From positions 1 to 40,542 of the forward strand of contig JBHIFL010000039.1 in the NCBI GenBank assembly GCA_046761065.1: a stretch of 40,542 bases of DNA, in the 5' to 3' direction. Both the position numbers and the translations under genes were made by a program. This document shows positions 28,235-37,977 of this stretch, in pieces. Position 1 is the stretch's first letter. Each line of letters opens with the position of its first letter. The stretch comes from Candidatus Heimdallarchaeota archaeon. GTDB taxonomy: Archaea; Asgardarchaeota; Wukongarchaeia; Wukongarchaeales; JBHIFL01. A model generated the notes under the pieces. The model searched no databases. It was not told the DNA's origin and worked only from the letters and a program-made list of their open reading frames with translations.

Positions 28235-28607
28235 AGGTTAAAACCTCCTCCGCATCCTCTATCGCCCTAATAGCTTGTTGTTCGATAAATTTATTTGCTG
28301 GAGCGCCTGAAGGGAACGTATCAGGATATCTAGTAGGAATATAATAAAGATTTAACTGTGAACAAGCTTCAACAACTATTTGGGGTACAGATATTATTTG
28401 TTTAACCCGTTCTACAAGATCCACAAGGTCATGTCCCCATGATGGTAAGTTTTTTTTCTCAAGAAGAGCCTTCAAGGCTTTTTCAGCAGCTTGATGTGCT
28501 ATAAAATATGCCCAAGAAAATTTTTTGTTGTCTTTAAGGGTTTTAGTTGTAGAAAGGTCAAATTCTGCTTGTTTAAGCCAATCTTTCGGCCGATCCAAGT
28601 TTTCCAC
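28215..28607 (-). CDS. HEPN-domain protein (HEPN-MNT pair)
   Basis: W..QAE.DL, AHQAAEKALKA, GHDL..L, YIPTRYPD. Confidence 0.88.
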   Translation of the reverse strand: MENLDRPKDWLKQAEFDLSTTKTLKDNKKFSWAYFIAHQAAEKALKALLEKKNLPSWGHDLVDLVERVKQIISVPQIVVEACSQLNLYYIPTRYPDTFPSGAPANKFIEQQAIRAIEDAEEVLTFVQSSL

Positions 28608-28815
28608 CAGTATGGTAAATCATAAAACACTTGACAAACTGCTAGACATGATAAAATACTCATTCTTGAGGAATTACTTTTCAGACATTTAATTGATATT
28701 AGTTATATTTCGAAGTTGATATGGGGCATTCGGCTCCATCTGCAAGATATGTAGGTATAGTTTAGTTTCTCAATGTTAACCTTACCTTTTTAAAACTCAC
28801 TTGCATTTGTATATT

Positions 28816-29487
28816 ATGCACTGCGAAAAAGTTGAAGGCATATGTATCGTCGATGAAAATACCAATTGCGCAGAATGTGAACTCAACGGACAAGTGCTCT
28901 GTCATTTTACAAAACACTTTGCGAATAAATTCTTCTGGGGAAATATCTCCTATCGAGTCTTGGCCACACTAATCATGATTTTAGCGGGTTTTCTTACAGA
29001 ACAATGGTGGATGACACCAACTTATATCGTAGCAGTACTTGTAACATTCTCAGTAATTGAGCCACGTTTGCTCTGTTGCTATTGCCCTCACTATGCCAAG
29101 GAAGGGAAAGTATTAAAGTGTTGGGCCTTGCGTAATATGCCTAAACTCTGGAAATATCGCCCGGAACCGATTAATGAGACCGAAAAAAATATTATACTAC
29201 TCGTTGGCGGATTTATTGACCTGTTCCCATTTATCGCAGCTGGTGTCGGGATTGTTGGCACCTTTATCATCGGAATCGAAGGTGAGCTCAGTTTCGGCAT
29301 GTTGGGGTTATTAATCGTGCTTACCGTGACTTTTACAATGTTAGCGTGGTATTTCGATAAATTCCTTCGAGGAGGCACATGTAAAAAATGTTTAAATTTT
29401 TCATGTGCGATGAACAAAACTCCCAAAGAGATTCAGAAAAAGTTCTTCCAAAAAAGCCCTACCATGGCCAACGCGTGGAAATCATGA
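28816..29487 (+). CDS. Cys-rich hypothetical membrane protein (4 TM, 12 Cys)
   Basis: CAEC..CH, CCYCPHY..LKC, CKKCLNFSC clusters interleaved with TM pairs; ATG 28816 preferred. Confidence 0.75.
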   Translation: MHCEKVEGICIVDENTNCAECELNGQVLCHFTKHFANKFFWGNISYRVLATLIMILAGFLTEQWWMTPTYIVAVLVTFSVIEPRLLCCYCPHYAKEGKVLKCWALRNMPKLWKYRPEPINETEKNIILLVGGFIDLFPFIAAGVGIVGTFIIGIEGELSFGMLGLLIVLTVTFTMLAWYFDKFLRGGTCKKCLNFSCAMNKTPKEIQKKFFQKSPTMANAWKS

Positions 29488-29568
29488 TCTTTTATCCTAG
29501 TGGTCATAATTATATAATATCAAGGACTTCTCACACCACTATTGAAGTGTGATTTGGGGGTATCATAG

Positions 29569-30285
29569 GTGACAATTGTTCAAATTGAGGTGCGAAATGT
29601 CGTTAGAACATTTGAAATGGGTGAAACTACCGTTTATGCGCTTAATGGAGCGTCCATGTTTGTGAGAAATGGTGAGTTCGTTGTTATTCTTGGTCCGAGT
29701 GGCTCAGGAAAGACAACACTGCTCAATATGATTGGTGGAATTGATAAACCCACCACTGGTGAAGTAATTATTGATGGGAAAGATTTGACAGAGTTATCCA
29801 TGACCGATCTGACTACATATCGACGTAACTCAGTGGGGTGGATTTTTCAGTTTTACAATCTCATTCCATCCCTTACTGCTTTAGAGAATGTTGCTCTTGC
29901 TCTTGAACTATCAGAAGATACTAAAAACTTGGAACAACGATCACTTAACGCCCTAACAATGGTGGGTCTCAGTGACAAAGTAGATCGATTTCCCGCACAG
30001 CTTTCTGGAGGTGAACAACAACGAGTAGCAATTGCCCGAGCTCTCGTCAAGAACCCGACAATATTGGTAGCGGATGAGCCAACAGGAAATCTCGACCGAT
30101 CAACAGGAGAAAAAGTCGTAAAAGTGATGCGTGAGTTGAATCAGAAGGAAGGGATCACCTTTGTTGTAGTTACCCATGATACCAGTCTAACTCAGGTAGC
30201 AGACCGAACCTTGTACTTACAAGATGGAGTGATTATCAAAGAAGAAGAGATGAATGTGAAGCTAGATATAGAGAAGGCTGAATAG
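29569..30285 (+). CDS. ABC transporter ATP-binding protein (LolD/MacB type)
   Basis: [43 protein letters not shown]. Confidence 0.95.
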   Translation: MTIVQIEVRNVVRTFEMGETTVYALNGASMFVRNGEFVVILGPSGSGKTTLLNMIGGIDKPTTGEVIIDGKDLTELSMTDLTTYRRNSVGWIFQFYNLIPSLTALENVALALELSEDTKNLEQRSLNALTMVGLSDKVDRFPAQLSGGEQQRVAIARALVKNPTILVADEPTGNLDRSTGEKVVKVMRELNQKEGITFVVVTHDTSLTQVADRTLYLQDGVIIKEEEMNVKLDIEKAE

Positions 30286-30287
30286 CA

Positions 30288-32678
30288 ATGAGTATCCTAC
30301 GAAAGAAGATCTTACGAGACATTTTCCGCTCGAAATTCCGCGCGAGTGTCATTGTCTTGACAATCTTTGTCTCGACTGCCCTTGTAGTGGGTTTGAATAA
30401 TGCAGCCATAGATGTAGACGAGTCTTTCAAGAAGTCCTTTGAAAAGTTAAATGCCTATGACCTCTCTGTGATCACCGGATTTACCTCAATGAAAATAGCT
30501 CAAGAACTTAAAGCAACTATTACAAACGTAAAAGATATAGAAACGCGGCTTTTTTTAAAGGCAGAACTCCTTGAGCTCGAACCGGCAAGAGATTTTAATG
30601 GGCATTGGATTTCAATTCCAGGAGGGAGACGGCCACTGGTTAATGATATCAAGCTCAGCGGCCAAGGAAGCTATTTTTCCGGACCATATGCCGCGGAATG
30701 CCTTGTAAATGTACAATTCGCCAAAGCCCGTGCTATATCTATAGGACAAAGTTTGACCCTCAAATATGGCCCACTCAAAACACAGTTTTCGGTTATCGGT
30801 ATTGTTATGTCGCCTGAATATTTTTATGTCGTAGATGAGGAAACAGGAATCTTAGCACCCACCAACCTTGGAATAGTTTTCACACCTCTCGAACTCACTC
30901 AGTCTCTTCTCAACCTGACAGGGATGGTCAACCAGTTTTCGATTACACTTAAGGACGAAGGGCAAATAGATGATACAATCACATCAATCCAAGCCTTCCT
31001 TGTCCAAAAAGGGGTAGTTGTGGAAAACATCATCAAACGCAGCGAATCCGCAGAAACAAACACATATGAGGTAGACGTGGGCAGCATGGACTCTATGGCA
31101 TACGCTTTTAGTTCTATTATCATGGTTGTAGCAATCGTTTCCATCTATAATAGTGTCACAAAACTCATTTCAGTTCAGCGTAATTATATTGGCGTAATGG
31201 CCGCCTTAGGAGGAAGAAGGTGGAAGATAATTCTTCACTATTTTAACTTTACTCTTATTCTCAGCAGTGTGGGAATAATAGTCGGATTGGTCGTGGGGGT
31301 GGGGTTTTCCTGGATCACTACGATATGGGCCGCGGATCTGTTGCAAATCCCATTTGTGCAACGTTCCCTTCATCTAGCACCGTTTGTAGAAGGAGTTGCT
31401 TATGTGTTAAGTGTTGCACTGGTCGTAGGCCTGTGGGGGGCATATCAAGCTACTAAGATTACCCCACGGGAAGCAATGACCTCAAGTTTCATCACCGAGG
31501 TATTTGCTCGAAAACCACTCATGGAACGATTTTTTGACATTCTTACTGGCCATCACCGAAGAACCTTTCTTACGAGAATTCCACTCCGGAATTTGTTTCG
31601 CCGAAAAAAGCGTTCAGTCGTAACGATCTTTACTATTGCGATTTCAATGATCTTGATTATAACATCACTCTCTATGGTGGACTCGTTCTTTGGGGCAATT
31701 GACGTCAACTTTGAGAAAAATGAAAAATATGATTTGCAGGTTCTTTTGGATCAACCATATCCTCAAAATTCTGTCTTGGATAATGTAACCCAAATCCCGG
31801 GGGTTAACCATGTGGAGGCTTATATTCAGTCTCCTTGTATAGTTATGACCAACTCTTTTAGTGAGCCGCATTTCGCGTTACTGAAGGCGTATGCTAAGAG
31901 TTCTATCTTGCGAAGCTACCACGTTGTTAAAGGAACGGATACTCTCGCTCCAGCTTCTGTGCTAGTAGGAGAAATGCTCGCAGATGAGTTAAACCTCGTA
32001 ATCGGAGATTGGCTCTCCCTTGGTCTCACCACTATGAAACAGGTCAAAATCGTTGGGATAACGGGCGAACTGGTGGATGTCACTTTCATGACAACCATCG
32101 AAGAAGCTCAAGAGATCCTTGGTTTTGATAATGCTATTAATGGCTTTGTTTTAGACATTGAACCAAGTCAAAAACAGGCAGTTCGTGAAGCCCTAAGGGA
32201 TAATCTCCCGGTGCAAAACGTATTTGATCCGGATGAGGTTAAAAAAGGAATTCAAGACTTATTAGATCTTGTTCTAGTGTTTATCTGGATGCTAACAGGT
32301 TTTGGTATCTTTATAGAGGTGCTATTCGTTTTTAATACCATTTTATTGAATGTCTCTGAACGCGAAATGGAATTTATTACCCTAAAAGCACTCGGAACCT
32401 CGCGAACACAAATTTATAAATTGATTCTCTATGAAACCCTATTCTTGTCGAGTGTTGGTCTTTTGGTCGGGCTTCCTCTCGGATATTTCGCTAATGCCTA
32501 TACGATTAGAGAGATGGCAAGCGGCTTCATATATGTAATTCCCGTTATACCGTTCTCTGTGATATTCTTCGTGATTGGCGTAGGGTTGTTGACAGCAGTT
32601 GCTGCGGGCCTTTATTCTGCGAGACGGGTTAACCACCTGAACCTTGTAGATTTCATGCGTGAACGAGTCATTGGTTGA
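30288..32678 (+). CDS. FtsX/MacB-like ABC permease (duplicated extracellular + 4-TM halves)
   Basis: QRNYIGVMAALG and EREMEFITLKALG repeats, RNLFRRKKRS; 2 nt after the ATPase stop. Confidence 0.9.
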   Translation: MSILRKKILRDIFRSKFRASVIVLTIFVSTALVVGLNNAAIDVDESFKKSFEKLNAYDLSVITGFTSMKIAQELKATITNVKDIETRLFLKAELLELEPARDFNGHWISIPGGRRPLVNDIKLSGQGSYFSGPYAAECLVNVQFAKARAISIGQSLTLKYGPLKTQFSVIGIVMSPEYFYVVDEETGILAPTNLGIVFTPLELTQSLLNLTGMVNQFSITLKDEGQIDDTITSIQAFLVQKGVVVENIIKRSESAETNTYEVDVGSMDSMAYAFSSIIMVVAIVSIYNSVTKLISVQRNYIGVMAALGGRRWKIILHYFNFTLILSSVGIIVGLVVGVGFSWITTIWAADLLQIPFVQRSLHLAPFVEGVAYVLSVALVVGLWGAYQATKITPREAMTSSFITEVFARKPLMERFFDILTGHHRRTFLTRIPLRNLFRRKKRSVVTIFTIAISMILIITSLSMVDSFFGAIDVNFEKNEKYDLQVLLDQPYPQNSVLDNVTQIPGVNHVEAYIQSPCIVMTNSFSEPHFALLKAYAKSSILRSYHVVKGTDTLAPASVLVGEMLADELNLVIGDWLSLGLTTMKQVKIVGITGELVDVTFMTTIEEAQEILGFDNAINGFVLDIEPSQKQAVREALRDNLPVQNVFDPDEVKKGIQDLLDLVLVFIWMLTGFGIFIEVLFVFNTILLNVSEREMEFITLKALGTSRTQIYKLILYETLFLSSVGLLVGLPLGYFANAYTIREMASGFIYVIPVIPFSVIFFVIGVGLLTAVAAGLYSARRVNHLNLVDFMRERVIG

Positions 32679-32967
32679 TTACACCACATTAAGAGTTCTT
32701 CTCTTCATTTTGATTATCCTTTATTAATTAGTAAGGAATATAATCTAATATAAGTCGAATTCAGGAAAATAGGACAAAATAAACCTTAAAAAATACTTGG
32801 AATGCTTTTATATGAAAGTTTATCTATATAAAATCCTATTAAATGGATTTTCAATAACAATTAATAAATATCTGAGCATTAGTTACTAACTATAGTCTAA
32901 ATAACCATGCCAGAAGGTTAAATAGGCTATCTCGTAAATGAATGTTACACATTTTCGGAGATCTTTC

Positions 32968-34137
32968 ATGATGAGTACAATTGAAAAAATATCCATGTAT
33001 CCAATTAGTATTCCGTATAAACAAACAGCTGGATTCGCAGGTGACCCTTACCAATCTTTATTGAATGCTGTAATTGTTTCAGTTCAGACCTCTGATGGTG
33101 AAACAGGATATGGAGAGGCTCTCCCTGATATGCATTTCACTGGAGAATCCATCGAGACGGTTGTTATAATTATCAAGCATTATCTTGCTCCTGCCATTTT
33201 TGGGTTTAATGTGTTTGCTCTTGAAGAAATTCACTCAGCTATGGATGCCGCGTCCGTTGAAGGAACGAATCCTAGTGCGAAGGCCGCTCTCGATATGGCG
33301 CTCTTTGATCTTATAGGCAAGATGACAAACCAACCAGTCCACCAACTCTTGGGAGGTGCCTTTAGAACCCGAGTGCAACAAGTTCCCGAGATTGTGTTTG
33401 ATGACATTGATGTTGCAGTAAGTCGCTGCCAAGAAGCTGTCTCACAGGGTGTCCAAGGGTTAAAAATCAAAGTTGGTCGGTTCCCAAAGAAGGATGTAGA
33501 ACTGGTCAAAAGGATTCGGCAAGTGGTTGGAGAGGATATTGATCTCATTATAGATGCTAATCAGGGATGGAGGAACTATTGGACTGCTCAAAAGATTGGG
33601 CGAAAATTCGAAGAGTATGATATTGCTGTACTGGAACAACCCTTGCGGGCACATGATCTGAAAGGACATGCAGAACTTCGGATGGCATTAGATATACCGA
33701 TTATGCTTGATGAGAGTGTGTGTTCGTTGCGAGATGCCATTGCTGCAATCGAATTAGACGCCTGTGATCTCATTAGTATGAAACTCCATAAGTGTGGCGG
33801 TTTGTGGCGGGCTCATCAATTAGTCAATTTTTGTGCAACACAAGGAATTCCTGTGCATTGTGGGACAATGTGGGAGACTGAGCTCGGTTGGGCAGCAAAT
33901 CTCCATGCAATAGGTGCCTTGCCAGGTATTTGCCTATGGGATGCATACTCTCCCACAGAAATTTACTGGGGACCAGAAGCCGGAATTGCCAGCAAACCGA
34001 TCCAAAGTACTATTCAAGAAGGTATTCGAGTGGTTGAAATTCCTAAAGAGTCAGGATTGGGAGTTACGGTTGATCTGGCGGCAGTTAAAAAGTACCTGAT
34101 TCAAGAACCAATCCACTTAGAAAATCCAGCTCATTAA
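32968..34137 (+). CDS. Enolase-superfamily (MLE subgroup) racemase/dipeptide epimerase-like protein
   Basis: GYGEA, KIKVG, DANQGW, EQP, DES, KLHKCGG (two catalytic Lys); start likely 32968 or 32971. Confidence 0.88.
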   Translation: MMSTIEKISMYPISIPYKQTAGFAGDPYQSLLNAVIVSVQTSDGETGYGEALPDMHFTGESIETVVIIIKHYLAPAIFGFNVFALEEIHSAMDAASVEGTNPSAKAALDMALFDLIGKMTNQPVHQLLGGAFRTRVQQVPEIVFDDIDVAVSRCQEAVSQGVQGLKIKVGRFPKKDVELVKRIRQVVGEDIDLIIDANQGWRNYWTAQKIGRKFEEYDIAVLEQPLRAHDLKGHAELRMALDIPIMLDESVCSLRDAIAAIELDACDLISMKLHKCGGLWRAHQLVNFCATQGIPVHCGTMWETELGWAANLHAIGALPGICLWDAYSPTEIYWGPEAGIASKPIQSTIQEGIRVVEIPKESGLGVTVDLAAVKKYLIQEPIHLENPAH

Positions 34138-34395
34138 AGTTTAGTTAATTCTTCTTTTATAGGATCGAGCTTTTTCTTCTCCCCTTGTTCGTTTCCATTC
34201 ATGTTCGAACAGTTTGTTAAGCAAAGAGATTGGCAATATAATCTTTTATGTTGTTCAATGATACCCTTTTGGACTTTCTTCTCATTAGGTTACGACATTT
34301 GCTGATTTTGCCAAAAGGTTTATTTTTTTCTTTCCTCCATTAATATAAAATATCGAGTCTTGAGATGATTTAGCATTCCATGTTTATTATTTGTT

Positions 34396-34749
34396 TTAGC
34401 TCAAGAAGCCGATGATCCCAAAGGTTTCCTTAATTTCCGAACGGGACAGGATATAGATTATGATTATTTGCATTATTAATGAAATGAAATCAAAGATTAA
34501 GATGGATGTGATTATGATGTATATTGATAGAATCTTGGTACATTGGTATCCCCATTTTTTCAGTTTCCAAAGACTGTATCCAATTACAAGCATGATAAAT
34601 CCTATAAGAAAATTTATAATGGGCATCAACCCTGCCATCAACGCTAGATATCCAAAGAACAGAAAAAGAACTCAGCTAATAAACTCTAGAACCACACCAT
34701 ATGTCACAAACGTTGGTCGTTCAACAACAACCTTTACTACTTCAATCAC
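34396..34749 (-). pseudogene. Degenerate paralogue of the adjacent small membrane protein, in-frame TGA
   Basis: GTG 34749 ..VERPTFVTYGVVLEFIS*VLFLFF..LWKLKKWGYQ..RSEIKETFGIIGFLS; TGA 34674-34672 aligns to Gly in the paralogue. Confidence 0.75.
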
Positions 34750-35086
34750 TTTAATTTCCTCATCAATTCGTTATCTATTGGTAACTTCCCTATAGCGAGT
34801 TTATCTGTTTTATATAGTTTTCTGTTTGCCTAGCAAATTTCTTTTAACTGGTCATTGCGTTTTGAACGAGAAAAATACATATAACGAGCGGTATTTATTA
34901 TCATCTTCTTTAATGGGTTTTTCACTTGTAAAAGGCATATACGAGTGGAATTGAATGTGAATATTGCGAATTAGATAGTAAAATTCCACCAAAGAGCCAT
35001 TGTAAATTATACTATGGCCAATTGGTTTTGGTAATTAGGACTTTATTAACCACCCTATTAAAAATGAGGGAAAAAAATACAGGATT

Positions 35087-35108
35087 CTGGGGTGCAATGG
35101 CATCCCAG
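35087..35108 (-). terminator. Hairpin plus U-tract after the 132-aa membrane gene
   Basis: CTGGGGTGC-aatg-GCATCCCAG followed on the minus strand by a T7 run. Confidence 0.45.
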
Positions 35109-35122
35109 GTTTGTTGGCTGTG

Positions 35123-35521
35123 CTAGCTCAGTAAGCCGGTGATTCCAAAGACATCTTTGATCTCCGGCCGGGTCAGGTAGTAAATGATGATAGCATCAAT
35201 GACGAGACTGATAATACTACCGGGGAGAGTTACGATAGCTACGATAATTCCTATTATTGCCAGGATCATTGCAATTTGATACGCCCATTTTCTCAAGTTC
35301 CAGAGTCCCCATCCAACAGCAAGGGCAAAAAGCCCTAAGATGAACGCAATACCTCCTAAGACTCCAGCTAACGCGCCAAATGATCCATATCCTTCGGCTG
35401 CTAAGAAGCCACCTACTGTTATTGCTAGAAGTCCGCCGATAATGCCTAGAATGCCTACAATGATCTCTAAAACTGCAAGAATTGTTACACCCGTTGGACG
35501 TTCAATACTTGTTTCTGACAT
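35123..35521 (-). CDS. Small 4-TM membrane protein (ERPTGVTILAVL type)
   Basis: GAGGAGG RBS; RPTGVTILAVL, GWGLWNLRKWAY, IIIYYLTRPEIK..F. Confidence 0.85.
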   Translation of the reverse strand: MSETSIERPTGVTILAVLEIIVGILGIIGGLLAITVGGFLAAEGYGSFGALAGVLGGIAFILGLFALAVGWGLWNLRKWAYQIAMILAIIGIIVAIVTLPGSIISLVIDAIIIYYLTRPEIKDVFGITGLLS

Positions 35522-35966
35522 TTATATTTCCTCCTCAACTCTTTATTGAGTTGTTACACCAATGAGAGGGTTTTTTGCTTTATAAAGGTTCTGATTACTT
35601 AATTAGCCGCTTCGCTTTATTCGTAATGTGTAGAAGGACGAGAAAACTCATTACGAGCGATATCTGGCACTTTTCACTTCAATAGTTTATTTCTTGGTCA
35701 ATTGCAAATTTCATTAGAATTAGAAGCATCTGAAGCAATTTAAACTGTTAAACTCATCGGAAAATCAATATTATTGGTTTAAATAGGTTCTAAGCTTTTT
35801 TGGCATGGATATCTTATTTATACTATCGGCATATGCAGATATTAGGGATGAAACAGATGAATTTTCTAATAAATGTCTCTCAACATTTCGAAAAACGCGT
35901 AAATAGCTTGTTATATGCTATATCTCAGGCACACTAGTTTATTATACTCCTTGACGACATTATTTG

Positions 35967-36012
35967 CTCAAACCTACATTTCCTCAAACCGAAAAAAGGA
36001 AAAACGGTTTGA
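35967..36012. promoter_or_regulatory. Operator-like TCAAACC repeats upstream of the M20 gene
   Basis: TCAAACCG-13 nt-CGGTTTGA inverted repeat (35984-36012) plus an extra direct CTCAAACC at 35967. Confidence 0.45.
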
Positions 36013-36054
36013 AATTGTTGAGTTTCATAAAGAACATGTGAGAGTCGATTCGAA

Positions 36055-37230
36055 ATGCCTAATCCTGTTGACCTAATCAATCAAACCCGACTCATCGAGT
36101 TAACTAAAAAATTGGTTTCTATTTCATCTATCACCAACCAAGAGCATGAGTTGTCCGATTGGACGTACGAATACTTCCAATCACTTGGTTTAAGTGGAGT
36201 GCAAAGGCTTCCAGTGGCTGAATCGGGAGATACCATTGTCGGTTGGATTGCGGGGCAAACCGATGGTCCGACTATGATGCTCAATTTTCACCTCGACACC
36301 TTCGATGTTTTCTTAGGTTGGGAGACCGATCCCTTTACACCTCACTTGCATGAAGGGCGGCTCTATGGCTTAGGATCTCATGATATGAAGGGAGGCGGAG
36401 CTTGTATTCTGGGTGTGGTGGAAGCATTACTTCAATCGGAGGTAGAATTGGGTGGAAAACTCCTTGTTACAGCGACTACAGATGAAGAAAATTGGTCTCG
36501 TGGGGCCCATGAGTTGATTAAAAGGGGGTTACTTAAAAATTGCCAATATTGTTTGGTTCCTGAACCCACTCCCCCAGATACGATCAGAATTGGTCAACGT
36601 GGACGACATGTCTTCCACTTAACCTTTTATGGGAAAACTGTTCATGCTGCGTACGATAAGGGAATCAACGCTGTTCTTGACGCTTCGAAAGTGGTGATTC
36701 AACTCTTGCGTGAAGGAGAAATTGATTTGGGCTATAATGAGGATTATGAGATTGGTGGAACGATAAATGTAATTGGGATTAAAGGAGGTGGTACCTTGAT
36801 CTTGGTACCTGAAGTAGCAGACGTCTTCATCGATCGCCATATCCTGCCTGGCCAAACAGTTGAGGAAGCGGCAGTGCAGATTCGCGCGGTGGTTGATCGG
36901 GCGGACATCCAATCCACCTATAAGTTAACTTGGGATGAACGCCCCACCCCTGCTCCTCCTCCCTTCTTGGTCCCCCCCGATTCCCAGTTTGTACAAACAG
37001 TCACAAAACATCTAGCTCGCGAGTTGGATCGAGACATCACACATACCATCGGGCGTTCTGTAGCCGATACCAATCACTTTGCAGTTCATGGAGGGGTTGA
37101 TACTCTCATTTGCGGCCCAACTGGAGGGAACACATGCGAATGTAATGAGTATGTTGATGTTACTTCTCTCCTAGTTATTGCACGGACTTATGTTCAGTCT
37201 GTATTGGATCTATTAGGAACTCGCTCTTGA
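36055..37230 (+). CDS. M20-family (ArgE/DapE-like) metallo-amidohydrolase
   Basis: HLDT, LYGLGSHDMKGG, TDEE, EPT, G..VHAA...GINA, GP.GGN...NEYV. Confidence 0.9.
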   Translation: MPNPVDLINQTRLIELTKKLVSISSITNQEHELSDWTYEYFQSLGLSGVQRLPVAESGDTIVGWIAGQTDGPTMMLNFHLDTFDVFLGWETDPFTPHLHEGRLYGLGSHDMKGGGACILGVVEALLQSEVELGGKLLVTATTDEENWSRGAHELIKRGLLKNCQYCLVPEPTPPDTIRIGQRGRHVFHLTFYGKTVHAAYDKGINAVLDASKVVIQLLREGEIDLGYNEDYEIGGTINVIGIKGGGTLILVPEVADVFIDRHILPGQTVEEAAVQIRAVVDRADIQSTYKLTWDERPTPAPPPFLVPPDSQFVQTVTKHLARELDRDITHTIGRSVADTNHFAVHGGVDTLICGPTGGNTCECNEYVDVTSLLVIARTYVQSVLDLLGTRS

Positions 37231-37337
37231 ACATTACAAATTATCGATTCTGATTTGGCGGTGATTCTCTATTCATTCAAAGGTTGCAAGCTCTTTAAGT
37301 AATAAACTTTGTTGCTTTATATAAGAAACGACACCAT

Positions 37338-37607
37338 CTAGTATCCTTTTTTGAGATTGTAGATGATTTTCAGTGGCACATCATAAACAAAATGTTTGAG
37401 ATTTTCGCAGACCAGCTCTTCAAGTTGATCACCGATGTAAGGAGAAGAGTGGTTGTCATGTGGGATAATAAACGCAGTCTCCATAACCCATAATGGATTA
37501 TCAAGAGATTATGGTTCAACTGCAAGACAATCTAGATAGGTCCTTGTTATCTATCCTTCTTCCAAGGCTTTCATCATTGTTGGTTCATAAACGATCGCAC
37601 GAAGTTG
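37338..37607 (-). pseudogene. C-terminal relic of a D-2-hydroxyacid dehydrogenase
   Basis: Manual translation: R.IVYEPTMMKALEEG*ITRTYLDCLAVEP*SLDNPLWVMETAFIIPHDNHSS...ENLKHF...PLKIIYNLKKGY*; two internal stops, N-terminus absent. Confidence 0.8.
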
Positions 37608-37729
37608 AATACCATCCAGGATACAATGGCTCTGTATGTATTCACTTCAGTCAATTCAACTATTAAAATAATAATATCATTTTTATATTATAAATTTATT
37701 AGTATAGAATCAATCGTATTTAAAACCAA

Positions 37730-37975
37730 GTGAGTAAAATGGTTAATATTTCGGTTTCTCTCGATGAAGAATTGCTAGCATGGTTAGATCAACTCATTCA
37801 AGAAGGAGTAATTAAATCTCGGAGTGAAGCGGTCAGAGGTGGTATATATGCGTTCATTCGTGAAAAACTTGGAATCAAAACGCGAGAAGCTTTAAAGAAC
37901 TTTCTGCGAGCTAGACAAAAGCGACCATTTCAGCCGGGAGTGGATGTAATTCGAGCAATCAGAGAGGAGGAATAA
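37730..37975 (+). CDS. Ribbon-helix-helix (CopG/NikR-like) antitoxin, VapB-like
   Basis: ISVSLDEELLAWLDQLI..G...SRSEAVR; ends IRAIREEE; start GTG 37730 or ATG 37739. Confidence 0.85.
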   Translation: MSKMVNISVSLDEELLAWLDQLIQEGVIKSRSEAVRGGIYAFIREKLGIKTREALKNFLRARQKRPFQPGVDVIRAIREEE

Positions 37976-37977
37976 CA

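Noticed and set aside
34140-34290. 47-aa basic minus-strand ORF downstream of the epimerase
   Set aside because: Short, low complexity, no recognisable homology
21865-34674. Two in-frame TGA codons as evidence for selenocysteine or UGA reassignment
   Set aside because: They align with Phe and Gly in transmembrane helices, not Cys; no SECIS-like structure was seen; TGA is the normal stop of many genes here (14352, 20308, 27706, 29487, 32678, 37230)
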